Assembly: GCA_028534125.1 (NCBI GenBank)
Contig: CM052816.1
Location: 77,998,001-78,062,000 of the forward strand
Length of the DNA: 64,000 nt
Source of the DNA: Lama glama
Taxonomy: Eukaryota
Direction of reading: 5' to 3'
Shown: piece after piece, positions 14,126 to 26,680 of the stretch
Layout of the letters: each line of letters starts with the position of its first letter
How positions within the stretch are numbered: the first letter of the stretch is position 1
The notes under the pieces: generated by a model
Databases searched by the model: none
Told to the model about the DNA's origin: nothing
What the model saw: the letters and a program-made list of their open reading frames with translations, nothing else
Made by a program: the position numbers and the translations under genes

Positions 14126-16411
14126 TCAGCACTAAACTAATTCCTTTCCTTTTCCCTAGGTAAAACATTTTAAGACTTGATAAGGTAGATATTAACAGTT
14201 AAACCATCATGAAATTGGTGTTTTTTTTTCCTCTTTACTCTCATGTGTCTACAGATGAACACTCAACTGTACTCTTAAATCCTGAGAACTACTGTCCTGG
14301 AACATCCATAGCATGATACCTTTAGGTGCAATGAGAATCAAGAAGTAATTTAATTAGGTCTTACCAGCCCCACCCTGGACACTGAGGCTGACTTACTAGC
14401 GACTCCAGCCGAGTTACAGTTACTGTTTAAATTGAACTCTGGTTTGCATGCTGCTGGCTTTAGGAAATCCCCAAAAAAGGGTTTAGTAAGTTAAATCACA
14501 AAAGCAGTAAAAATGCAGTATTGTTTTTCATCATAGCCCAATAGCATCCCTGTTTGTATTAAAGAAAATACTTCTACAGAAAGTAGCAGTGACTGATCAC
14601 TGTGCTTCTTGACAGTAAAATAACCATGCTGAAAGTTAGCTCATGATCCTGGGGAAAGGCAGTGCTTGAAAAAGAACCACGTGACTGCTGTGTTGGCAAA
14701 TTTACACTAAAACTCCAGCATCTTCTACTTACTCCCAAGTTCCCTATCACATACTCATATATCTCAGAAGACCAGGGAACACCCAGAGCTCACTTACCCT
14801 GTCTTTCTGTTCTCAAGTAGCAAACGCTTCATAAACCTATGTTGAGTCTATTGTCTTCATTTGGCGGTGGGAAAACTGACAGATTTTATTAAATACAAGC
14901 ATGTTAATCAGGATCCATCTAGAATCTACACTGTCTAATCCTCCTAAGAAAGTGAATTACAATAAAATATCATTAAGCTGATACTGTTTTATTCAAAATA
15001 ATACATAATTCAAAGCAACTGCTATTTCCTCACCAGCCAGCTGCCTGATTGCTATTTAATAAAAATCACATAATGGAAAGCTAGTTAACTCAAAGCCCAT
15101 TTTTTTCCATCCCCTTGTGCTTCACATTAAAAAGGTTTCACTGTATTTTAGAAAACAGATAAATGCCAAATATAGTCTTTTTTTCAAGTTTATTTTCAGT
15201 TGGCATTTGCACTGCCAATAGCTCAAGTTCCCTCTGTGTACTATTTCTTATGTGATCCTGACTGGGCAAAGACACTGCTGGACTCCTTTATTTCTAGAAA
15301 ACTTTTAAAGAGGTGCACTTCGGCCTGAGCTGGGACTTTATATGAGTGGGACAGATCATTAGCCTATTTCCAGTACAGAATGGAAGAACAGATGAGTTCC
15401 TCAGCATCTTCAAAGAGAAGCTTTCACAGGCACAGCTTCTTTAATTCATTAAGTTTGAAGCAATTTCCCAGATTAGTTATATCTGTATTCAAATATGAAA
15501 ACAAAGATACATTCCAAAGCCAATTCTGAGGACCCCTGGAATAGCCATTAATTTGAATGACCTTTCTGCTCTCCTTCACATGTAAAAATAATGGGGGAAA
15601 TGACTGTGTATCTGAAGACTCAGCATGTCCTTTACACTTATAAATTAAGATAAACAGCTAGATTCATGAAGGATCTATTATTTCATGGCCCCATTACAGC
15701 CATTTATTCTTTTTCAATCTGTTTGGATTTAAAATATTCATATTCCCTCCTAGTAAGAACACAAAAACTTCTTATGTGAAACGCAAGTGGTAATCCTTTC
15801 ATTTTATATGTTATATGTCATTTTATATGTTAACACATAAGCAACTTGTTTGGACATCAAAATTCATTAATTTAAATATCTGGGAATAATCTATGGGTGA
15901 TGTGATAAGATATGATATTTAATTTCTCAATGATCTCTTGTTAGTTTTTTAGATTTAATATGTACTACTTTTATAATCAGAAAAACTCAATTAAAATACA
16001 AAAAGCTAATCTGATGTAATCCTCACTAAAATATATATATGAAGAATGTATGTATATATCAAGAATTAGATCTTACAAGGTGAGGAAAACTAATGTGAAC
16101 TCAAGTTCTCTTCAGAACTTCACCTAATTAAATAAAGAAGGAAACAAAGTTGGTATTTTTATGGAAATTTTTGCTTTTTTTTTTGTTAAGAAATCTCTCT
16201 CTTTTTGTTACATAATATGGACCTTACCTTCTCCTCAGTATATGAAGTAGGCTATCTCTGTAATTGGACAAATAGGTCTGAAATAACAAACTTTCCCCTC
16301 CTTTTGGTAAATATATAAACTGTAACTTAACATAATTTTAACAATAATTATATACTTTTCAACCAATACCTATGATAATAAGGGGTAAAGATACAGCCTG
16401 TAGGTAGTAAG

Positions 16412-16446
16412 TAGATAGATAGATAGACAGACAGGTAGATAGATAA
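16412..16446 (+). repeat. (TAGA/CAGA)n tetranucleotide microsatellite
   Basis: tagatagatagatagacagacaggtagatagata. Confidence 0.85.
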
Positions 16447-18829
16447 ATTTGGTAGAAAAACTTCAAATTTTCTCTATCTTTTAAGTAAAGGCCAGAATTA
16501 ATATTAAAAAGAAATAGAAAAGTCATTATTTATAATTTACTTTCCTCCATTTGACAAAGATGAAAATAACTGACAAAGTTCTGGGAAGGCAAATCCAGAA
16601 TATAAATACTTTCTGTAACTATAGGGTTGGTTCTGTGAAAAAATTAATAACAATTTTTCAAACTCATAGAAAATACTAATATTTGACACTCTTGAGTTTT
16701 CTTTCTGAAAGAACATAAATGAGGTGTGCATAATCCCAATTTCATACTTCATAGGGAAGGAATATTCCAGAGAACAAGTAGCGGTAGAAAGAAACAAAAA
16801 TCTAAGAAAATCCTTGTTCTCTGCTATCTATTCTCTTCAATGGTTAAAAAAAATGTTCCTAGAGATAATCAAATATGCTTTAGATAATCGCAAATGAATC
16901 TTTTTTTCCTTTTCAAAAAAGTTGTACTTATCTTTCTTATGTTGGTACTAGGATTCTCAATCAACTTTGAAATGCCTAAGGCAGTCTAGTTGAAAATGCT
17001 ACAGCAAATTTCCCTTCCCTTCCCATCAGTGGCCAAATGCTAGATCAGTTGTGCTAAGTGCTATAGCTACGTTTTAAAAATAAAGGTTTCGCTTTTTTCT
17101 CTTTTGACCTCACTTTTGTTCAGTCAGTGTTTATAAAAACAGAAATACCCAAGCAAACAAACAAATCAGAAGAGAAGTCAGGATCAGGTGTGAAATTTCT
17201 GACTTTTTTCCCTTGCACTTTTTTTCTTTGCCCAAGGGAATGTCTGTTATCTCTTTTAAATTACTCTTTTAAAGCAACTGAGGTGGAGAGGCCATCATCT
17301 TAAATAATACCAGGTCAAAACAACTTCATTTCACTATGCTTGGGTTAGAGAGTATAAATGGTTAATATGCTAGTACAAATGCATAAACCATGTCCCTTGA
17401 TTTATATTAGTGAAAAAGGAAATTCTATTAGTCATTTTTCAACAAATTATAGTTTGGTGAAAAAAATCACTAAGCTATTAATAGTTTAAAATGTTATTTC
17501 AGAGCATTTACCAAAATAACTGGAACTTTGTAAAGGCTTAAACACTTCTCTGTTTCTTCTAAACATAATTATTCCTTAAAATATTCATATGCAATCTCCA
17601 AATTACATTTTGTCCATTCTTTCTCTCCTGTGTTTTTCTCACATAAAACAGAATAATAGAAGCCTTTTACACAATATATAAAAAGTCTACGGTCCCATCT
17701 CATACAAAAATAAAAGTGAGCTTGTAAATTCAAGATTCAAGTCACACTCTGGAATTTATCTTAGAAAAGAGGCTAAGCACATTACTCAAATCACAAAGAA
17801 ATAGATGATAAATGAGGATATGCATTTTTTTAACTTGAAACAAAATTGGACTATAAAGGAAACATCTAAAAATAATTTTAGCAAAATTATAAAATGTGTA
17901 CAAACATCATATAGTAAAAATAGTAAATGTTAAAGAAACATTTGTCATCTAGTGAAGAATGTTGAGAATCTCTACATTGAATAGAGAAAGACAATTTTTC
18001 AAAGCATATGACAATGCAGAGTGTGTAATTAAAACCATCTTTTAAAGTTTGTTTCAAAAATAAATATGGAAAATGTAATTGTTGTAAATTTAATAGCCAT
18101 TTATTGTGAAGATTGGAAGATAGTTTTAGTTATTAGGAAATTAATTTTATAGATTGTTAACACCTCCTAACAGAAAACAATGTTTGGCTCCCTACATGTG
18201 TTGACCTAGGCATTCCAGAATATAACTATCTAGGGGTTTATTTGGTTTCAGAAAAAGGAATGAGAGAAAAATATCATCAGTCATACTTTACTGAAGAAAA
18301 TGGAGACATGTAGGACAGACATAAAGCCACCTTGGCCTGCCTGGTCAAATAAGCAAACAACTAAATGTTGCTATTAAGAATATGAGACGCTGCTTTTTAT
18401 CAAATTAAAACTCATTATAGCAGAGTGTGGTATTTCCAAAAGAAATAACTATCATGGCTTTTAATGACAAAACACAAATAAATAAAAGAGGTGTTATTGG
18501 CCTTTCTAGTATAGTGTCCACCCTCTTCATCCATTCCAAAGAATGAGTTTGTTTATTTTCTTACATTCCAAGAAGACTTAAAACTTGAGAAAAGAGATCA
18601 AAGGGGCAGTTTAAAGTCCCTTTAGCATACCATTCTACAATATAAACAGAAAGCAATGCTGTCTGATGTTAACAACCAAAAAAAGACAAACAAATCCTCA
18701 ATCAATGATTTAAAAGGCCACATTAAGGTGTGTGGTTTTGTCCCTATTTGAAGTTCCCTCTTCATCCATTAATTAAAATGGGTCTCAAAGTCTGTTTCCT
18801 GACTTTTCTAAGATAATTCAATACATGGT

Positions 18830-19630
18830 ATATTCTGTCTACTTAATGTCCTCACTCCCTTGTTTGCTTCTCATCACTTGCTCATCCCTTAAATGCTCCA
18901 GTTTCCTAGGGTTCATCTTTCTCTATCCTTTATGCCTTTGCCATGACCAAACTAGCCAGCAACCAACATTTCAAGCATACACTATTAGTACTTCTCCCCA
19001 AATTGTGCCTTCTTTCTTCTGAGCACCAAACTCATCTCCCCATCTGCCTTCTGAGCATCTCCACGCAGAGGTCCTAAAGATACTTCAAGTTCAACATATC
19101 AACAACAAAACTATTTTTCTTCTAAAACCTGCTTTCTTCTTTGTTTTAATCTTAGGGAACACTGACCCAGTCTCCTAAATATAAACCTCAGCCTTCATAT
19201 ACAAATGAATGCCACATCCTGTAAATCTAACCTCCATACCTCAGTAAAAATTAACTTCTAAAACCTAGATCTGAATGTCTCATTCCTCTGCTTAAAAGGC
19301 CACAAAATAAAGTCATCTTATTATTACGGTATACAAGGTCAGTTTACCTTTCCATTTCTAGATACTTCTCTCCTGCCTCACTCTCCCAAGACACATCTGT
19401 GCTCTACAATATGCATTACTGGCACTTCCCAAGTATACATTCACGCAGTCAATAAACAAGCACCGTCTACATGCCAGCCACTGTTTTAAGCATCAAGGAT
19501 ATCGCAGTGAAAAAAATAAAGTTTCTGCCCTCATGGGCTTACATCCTGGTGGAAGAAGACAGACCAAAACAAGCAAATATATAATAGACAAGGTGGTGGT
19601 AAGTGCTATTGAGAAAAAGATGTAGCTAGG
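18830..19630. mobile_element. L2 fragments (plus strand about 18830-19430, minus-strand 3' end about 19435-19630)
   Basis: L2 motifs tcaagttcaacatatc and ttcctctgcttaaaa, followed by tctacatgccagccactgttttaagc..ctgccctcatgggcttacatc. Confidence 0.6.
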
Positions 19631-20615
19631 AAAGAAATTTAGAACAACACAACAAACAGCGTGTTCCGCACAAGTAAGAAATCCAGCATATCTTTAAGAC
19701 TGCAACCATACTTCTACACCCCTTAATTTATTTACATTTCAGTTTAAATTATAATTTAAAAACACAACACCATGAATAACACTGAGATGTATAGTCACTG
19801 AGAGGCATAACAAAACACAGCTTACTTCTGGAACAACCAACTAAAACAATAATTTTATTTTTTGAGATTAAAGTTGAGAAAGTCACCAGTGTTTTTCTTT
19901 GATTCTGGTGTTTTAGTTGGCTCCTGGATGCACCCTAAAAAGTATTATTCGTGCTGGTACATTTCAAATTATGTCATGAGATTAGAATCTGTAAAACTTA
20001 AGGACTCATCTAGAATTAGTCTCATTGTTAGTTCACTGCCTCTAACTATACCATGGTTTTAAATTTAAGGCCTACAAATTAAGACTCCATTGTAATACTA
20101 GAATATTAGAGACAGGAGCTTTTTGCTGGTGATTAAAAAAGAGTTGTTCAATTGTCTGAATCATTTAAGTACATAATATGTCTCAACTGTTTACAAAGAG
20201 CTGAAACAATTGGAGAAACCTACATAAGAGCACTGTTTAAGATATAGGGTGTTACTAAAGGATTTGACAGCACGCCAAAGAAAATTTGCACTGACATTAA
20301 ATGGCCTGTTTCATACTCAGAAAATAACAATGATTTGCTTCAGTATCTAAATAATAATACATACTTTGAACAACTTTAAAGGAACTCAGATTTTCCTCTG
20401 GGAATCTTCACTATTATTGTATTACATATGGCTCCAATCTCGGGACATGAATTAATGAATGCATGCATGCATACATGCTGGTATTTTAGTGCTTACATAA
20501 ATCTGTAAAGAAAACTAAAGGGCTTTTTTTTTTGGATGTATTTAAGTTAAATTTGAAATGTTTTAAACTTCCAATAACTAAACAGAAATTAAGTTCAATG
20601 GAAGCTAAGTCTTAC

Positions 20616-20706
20616 TTTTTTTATTTTTAATGAAAAGTACTGGGGATTGAACCCAGGACCTCATACATGCTAAGCATGTGCTCTACCATCGAGCTCTACC
20701 CTCCCC
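20616..20706 (-). mobile_element. tRNA-derived SINE, Vic-1-like (camelid)
   Basis: The minus strand reads GGGGAGGGTAGAGCTCGATGGTAGAGC..GGTTCAATCCCCAGTAC followed by an A tail, with pol III A and B boxes. TSD ct(a/g)agtcttac at 20605-20615 and 20708-20718. Confidence 0.85.
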
Positions 20707-21173
20707 ACTGAGTCTTACCTCAAGTGACAACTCTGACAGGGAAGACTCTGTCAAAGTTTTCAAACAATGATACATACACTTCATCACATTCTCAGGGCGT
20801 AACATTTCACTTCTGCCCATAATCCCTGAATCCTCACAAACAGGCACATTGTGGCAAGTTCCTTTCTGTGTTCTACACAACGATCAGTTTCTCCTCTCCT
20901 CAAATTGGTTGGCAGAGGGGGTAAACATCCCAGGCCCAGCTGAAATTCTGACTAAAGTGTGGGCCCACAGGAAATACTGGGTCAGGGGAGAGAGGAAGGT
21001 AGTTAAGCCAGTCTGCAATGTACTAATAATTCCTGTGTTGGAGAAAAAAGCAGCTACTATTGCACTATAAGGGCAAGGGCTTACGTTCTGTTTAAAAGCC
21101 AAAACCAAAACAAAGACGGCTAAAAGGCAAACTTGACTTCATTCTCAAGACTGGAAGAAAAGAATATACATAC

Positions 21174-21312
21174 CGCATCCGTGATGTCTATTTCATATAC
21201 CCTTTGGAAAGTCCTGCGCTCAAAGAAAACAAGTTTGCCGCTGCCACATCCCCTTTGAACAGATGTACCGGTGACAATCAGTTTATCATCTGGACTGAAA
21301 CAACAGTCAGTC
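21174..21312 (-). CDS. WDR70: WDR70 coding exon (139 nt; approx. exon 13), (M)TDCCFSPDDKLIVTGTSVQRGCGSGKLVFFERRTFQRVYEIDITDA
   Basis: Acceptor ttttgtctgtag| and donor |gtatgt. Phase 2 to 0. WD40-like CFSPDDKLIVTG. Confidence 0.96.
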
Positions 21313-21404
21313 CTACAGACAAAAAGAGTTTATAAATACAGGCTTATGACCCCACAACAGTGCAGCGATAATGAGTGAGTTAAATAAAATAGAGCAACAT
21401 CATT

Positions 21405-21625
21405 GTAATAAGACAGAACTCTCATATAGGGCTTATAATAAGTCAGGCACTTACATTAATTCACTTAATAATCCTTTGAAGTAGATACTATTATTCCCAT
21501 TTTACTGACGAGGAAACTGAGGCAGAGAGAGGTGAAATAAACCTTGCTCAAGATCACAAAAGTAAATGGTGCAGCTGGGATTAGAACCTGAATAGTCTAA
21601 TTACAGAATCTATGCTCTAATTTCT
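21405..21625 (-). mobile_element. MIR
   Basis: Clear core attcccattttactgacgaggaaactgaggcagagagaggtgaaataaccttgctcaagatcaca. Confidence 0.85.
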
Positions 21626-22775
21626 ATACATTATAATATCCTTTAATGCAAATAGAGTGTGGGAAAAACTCAATACAGACATTGACAGTGTCTATACACA
21701 AATAGACATTGTATGACTAATGTCTAAGCAGTGATTATTTTGACCAGTTTTGGAACTGTTTTTTACCAGCACCACCTCTCAAGTAATTTGAGTTTTGTCA
21801 AGTCAAGGACCATGAAATGAGAAGCAGGCTGCACCGCTGGAGCCTAATTGATGGCTATGATTCAGCAGCTCTTGTGATTAGAGGTCTGGCCACCTGATTG
21901 TGAATAATCTAAGACATACCCAAAGATGTTATGTCGTTAGCATTACTTGCAGCAGGCATAACAGCTCAAAAAATTCTCATCACCTATAAATTCATGTTTG
22001 TTTGTCCATCTGTTTGTTTTAACAGATAAATGCCATGGGCAGCAGACCATGTTAGAGTTAGTGCTCTGATATTACACAGTTTCCTCCATCTGATGCTTCC
22101 ATTACCTTCATGCTTTCCTTGTTGGTCATGATTTAACACAGATGTGAAATTTTATTTCTACCAAAATAGAAAATTTTGCTTAGGCACTAACTGTACAGCT
22201 CAGAGGTCAAATCCCAACGTAAGCTGCCTCAGAAAAATCTTTAAAGCTTCGGTTATCAACTTAGTAGAATGGATAATAGGGTTCAATGACTTAGAGCGAG
22301 ACAGTTTCAGTAAGTGAAAGTTACCGAATTATTGACTGGAATGATAGCTTAAAAAAAAAGAGAAAATGACATATAATAATATTCAGTAACTATGAAAAAT
22401 TGCTTTAATGGTACGAAGATTCAAATTTTAAAAGACAACAAATATGTAGGCCCACCTTGTCATTTATATTTATACACTTAAAAGAACAGTTCAATCCTTT
22501 AAGTATTTTTACTCCCACAAGACCTGTGTGTGCATACAATATACACACACAAACCCATGAACACACACCATTTCAACATCAACAATAAAATTTTAATTCT
22601 GAAGAATGTACAACGAAAGGAAAAATAAAATGCATCTTTTAAAAAACCTATTTCAATCACTCTTCAAGTCCCTTTTCTAGAAGATCTAAGACATATAATA
22701 CAAATTAACATGAAGATAAAGAAATTACTTTTCCATTCTCTTATGCTTATCAAATATTAAAAATATGCTACTTAC

Positions 22776-22860
22776 ATTGGGAACATGGTGGGAAGACCCG
22801 AGGCTGAAAAGAGTGGCTTATTAAACTGTCGGATATCCCATAATTTTAATGTATCATCAC
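22776..22860 (-). CDS. WDR70: WDR70 coding exon (85 nt; approx. exon 12), (G)DDTLKLWDIRQFNKPLFSASGLPTMFP(M)
   Basis: Polypyrimidine acceptor ending ctatcag| and donor |gtaagt. Phase 1 to 2. Contains the D.TLKLWD end of a WD40 repeat. Confidence 0.96.
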
Positions 22861-24822
22861 CTGATAGAGGAATAAAAGAGGAAAAAAAAGACAGAAAATA
22901 AATTTACCAAAAAGAACCAATTCCAAGTTCAGAGTTTGCTAAACTTAGTGTATAACTATAAGAAGGAAGAAAGGGAGAGAGGTGGGGAGGGAAGGAGAAA
23001 GGAAGGAGGAAGAAGGGAAGGAAGGAGGGAAAGAGATACACGTAACATGTTGTACTTTTTTAACTGGGGAGCTTGAAAGCAGTAGTTGGGAGAATAGTAG
23101 AAAGACACATGATAATGAATTAGCCTTCTAGAAATTACTTTCCAGATTGTTGTAGCATCTGTAGGCTGGAAAGAACCCTGGAGAATCTACTCTAAAGAGT
23201 GACTTTAGAGCAGATGGTAGTTTCCCAGTGGTATACTTGAGCATAACCTGACTTCTTAAGAAGATATTAATTTAACAACCATCCAGACTGAAAGCAGTTC
23301 AATTCATAACAGATTCTTTTTCCCACTAGTGTGTGGGTGAAACTATCCATTAACATTAATGAGAGTGAACCATGTGCTTCCCTTCCCTCCAGTGTAACTC
23401 TATCTGTGGCTATCAGTCTTCACTTTGCTGGGGAGTACAGCTTTTCCAAGCCATTTAGAGAATAATGAATATTCTTTAAAGAATCACTTTTTAAAAAATA
23501 TTTCTATAGGGCTACTAATTCCTAACCATAATGAAAGCCAAAACTCATGTAAGTAATGTCTTGCTGTTCTTTCTCCCCAGTGTCCACAGCTGAGACCTGC
23601 CTCAACCCCTCGGGTCCAGTGAGCAATCAGTACCAGATGCAAGTGAGGTGAGTGGAGAGTTCAGTAAAAATCCCCATTCTCTCCCCAGCGACCCTTCCTC
23701 TGAAGCCCAACTTTTGGCAGGTGCACTAATCTACAACTGGCTGGATTAGAGACCTGCTTATACTTGAAGAACTTTTTAAGACTCACCTTTATGCTTTTAG
23801 TCTTGGGGGGAAAAAAAGGTTACATATCCTCACAACCTTCAAACAGTAAGAAAACATTAATCTGAATTAAACACTTTAGCTAACCTGGCAGTTTACATAG
23901 CTAGCAGGAGCACCTTACGACACCCTGGGGGCTCTGCTGAACAGACAGACTTCCATCTGCCATATTCTACAAATCCAGGAAGGAACATGATGGAGTACAG
24001 TGTACATGTTGTGGACAACATGTTACCCAATAGCCATTACAGAATGGAAAGGGAAGGTAAAAATTATCACTAAAATGGCTTTGCCTGAAATGGAGTTAAT
24101 CCTATACCTCTAAGGCAGTAATAATCTATTGGGTGAGGGCTAGCCTATTTCAGAATCCTCTGGAAAGAATTTTGAAACTACATTCCCCTGTTACTCCCCT
24201 GTTCTCTCCCCACTCCACCTCTGAGATTCGGGTATATCACTCTAAAGATGCAAGAGTGAATGTGAGAATTTCCAATTTATCATTTGAAAAACCTTCCTAG
24301 GGGATTCAGATACACTCTTGGGGTAAGAATCACTGCTTGTAAGTGAAGAGTATAGTATATAGGTTTAATTAAGAGTCCTCTTAGGACTCAAATAGCAGTT
24401 TAGAATTGATGAACCAAAATGCATATTTTATACATATCCACCTTTGCCGTGTATACCATAAATAGAAAATACATAATTAAAAAAAATCAAAGCACATGCA
24501 CATGTAAGTGAGGGTAGTTTGGGTGTAATACACAAGGCTTCCTTGGAAGAAAGAGACCCTGAATAGAGTTCCCAAGAGTAAAAGGACAGCCAAGCTGAGG
24601 GGAAAGCTGTGCCAAGTCTATGTTCTCCTTACCTCCACTACCCTCCACACCAGGTTGTAAATTTTTTCAGGAAAGGAGCCCTATCTATCATGTTCACAGT
24701 TTATACCAAGAACCTAGCGCAATGCTAGCTCAGAGTAGCTGCTCAATACACAGTAGTAAAGTGAGTGAATGACTAAATGTAGTGTTGCTAGAGTAGTCTG
24801 GCCTACAGTATAAAGACTAAAT

Positions 24823-24951
24823 GTGGGAGGAAGGTACAGCTCAAGTAGTAGAGCACGTGCTTAGCATGCGCAAGACTCTGGGTTCAATCCCCAGTACCTC
24901 CTCTAAAAGTAAATAAATGAATCTAATTACCCTCCCCAAGTGGGGGGAAAA
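24823..24951 (+). mobile_element. tRNA-derived SINE, Vic-1-like (camelid)
   Basis: GGGAGGAAGGTACAGCTCAAGTAGTAGAGC..GGTTCAATCCCCAGTACCTCC followed by an A-rich tail. Perfect 11-bp TSD AAAGACTAAAT at 24812-24822 and 24952-24962. Confidence 0.88.
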
Positions 24952-25679
24952 AAAGACTAAATCCTTTATGGAATATTAAAGGTCATCTGTGACATGGCTC
25001 AAATCTACCTACCCTGATTCCCTTCTCTCCCTACAAAAGGTCTACCTGAAGCTCCTCAGTCATGCCCCATACTTCCCCTTCTTATGCTTTGTTCATAGGT
25101 TGCCCTCACTAGCCTCTTACTTCTTCTATCAACGTACAACTTATCCATGTGAGAAAGGTTTAGCAGAAAGTTAGAAACAACCTATATTCAACTACATGAG
25201 TGTGGATAAGTAAACTTAGAATACAACCATGCAGAACTATGTAGCTATTTTTTAAAAAAGTCCAAGTATACAACTTTTTAAAACTGAATTTAGTATTTGA
25301 ACTGAAAAAAAAAATTCAATGGTCAGCAAATAGAAGAGTTTGAAATGCTAGACCCAAAACTATAAAATGATGCACAAAAAATACAGAACATCACTACAAA
25401 ATTTCATAAGGTAGAGGCAAAGGTCATCCTTGGAGTCTCCAAACACTGATGGAATTTGAAGCTAAAATAAAAACTTAGGCAAAAAAGTACATATATTCTA
25501 AATTTTACTTGATACTTTTTAATAAAATAATATTGCTAAGTTGGAAGTGCATTTTAATGAAAAAATCAGACTGGCAAAGGGACATTAACAATACGAAGTG
25601 CTAGGATATTAGTGTGACATTTGTTAGAGTTAAATATTTCATAAATAGAAACACATCAAAAAGAAAGCTTTCAACCTAC

Positions 25680-25779
25680 CACCACGAGAGGCAAGGACAT
25701 TACCATCATAGGAAAAAGCCACACAAGAAGTGTCTGTGCCTGGGTCATGAGCTTGTTTATAGTGGAATTTAGGATGAAC
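25680..25779 (-). CDS. WDR70: WDR70 coding exon (100 nt; approx. exon 11), VHPKFHYKQAHDPGTDTSCVAFSYDGNVLASRG(G)
   Basis: Acceptor ttcacaaacag| and donor |gtaggt. Open frame, phase 0 to 1, with a WD40 signature (H..TSCVAFS.DG..LAS.G). The peptide matches WDR70 as I recall it and splices in frame to the next exon. Confidence 0.96.
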
Positions 25780-26211
25780 CTGTTTGTGAAGACAAGCAAA
25801 GTGTTACCATTTCATATGAATTCAGATAACATTTCTGTGGCAAGAATGTTTTACTTTATCACCCAGAAAATGATAAACAACTATATGTAAAATATTAATT
25901 TCACCTGATTATAGTTTTCTTTATTCTGGAAAAAATTTCAGAAGGCTTTTAAAAACATCCATTTGCTTTAATAAGAGAAAAGAAGAGATAAGTTCTAGTA
26001 GGAGATATTTTCCAGACTGCCTTAGTAAGCTCTGAGCAACACAAGACTGGCACAGCAGTTAGTTTTTACTATATTTATAAAATTACTGGAATCATTTCCT
26101 GTAGTTATCTGAAGAACATAAATTACAAGTGAACATTAGTAACTCAAAAATATCATTGTATCCCTAGTATATGCCAGATATTGTGCATATGGTTGTAGGT
26201 CTTCAACTATC

Positions 26212-26434
26212 TTTTTTTTTGTATATATATATATATTTTTTATTGAAGTATATAGTCAGTTTACAATGTTATGTCAATTTCTGGTGTACAGTATAATGCT
26301 TCAGTTATACATGAACATACATATATTTGTTTTCATATTCTTTTTCACCATAAGTTACTACAAGATATTGAATATAGTTCCCTGTGCTATACTGTATAGA
26401 CTTGTTTATCTATTTTATATATGTCAGTATCTGT
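26212..26434 (-). mobile_element. 5'-truncated L1 3' end (relatively young, lineage-specific)
   Basis: Poly-T/(TA)n tail and L1 3'UTR-like sequence (ttattgaagtata..gttccctgtgctata). TSD ggtctt(c/g)aactatcttt at about 26198 and 26435. Confidence 0.85.
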
Positions 26435-26469
26435 GGTCTTGAACTATCTTTAATGTGCTTGTAGGATGA

Positions 26470-26680
26470 TGATGATGATGACAGTTAACCCTTCCACAGT
26501 GCTTACTGTAATCTAGGCACTATATCCTTTACTATCTTGCCTATTGGGCAATCACACTACAATATTACCTTCATTTTACAGATTCGGAAACTGAAGCACA
26601 GATTATCTTGTCCAAAGTCACAGTTAGTGGTTAAGCTAGGAGTTTGAACCAAAATGTCTGCTCTCAAACACTACACCATA
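26470..26680 (-). mobile_element. MIR
   Basis: cattttacagattcggaaactgaagcacag..cttgtccaaagtcacag. Confidence 0.75.

Noticed and set aside
16537..16797. 86-aa ORF, or a 164-nt exon using the acceptor at 16704
   Set aside because: No recognisable similarity. Its phase-2 end would run into a stop in the next cassette. The locus is covered under the exon-series finding.
24823..24900. Possible tRNA gene
   Set aside because: It has A/B boxes but a degenerate cloverleaf, an A-rich tail and a TSD, so it is a SINE. The same applies to 20616-20706.
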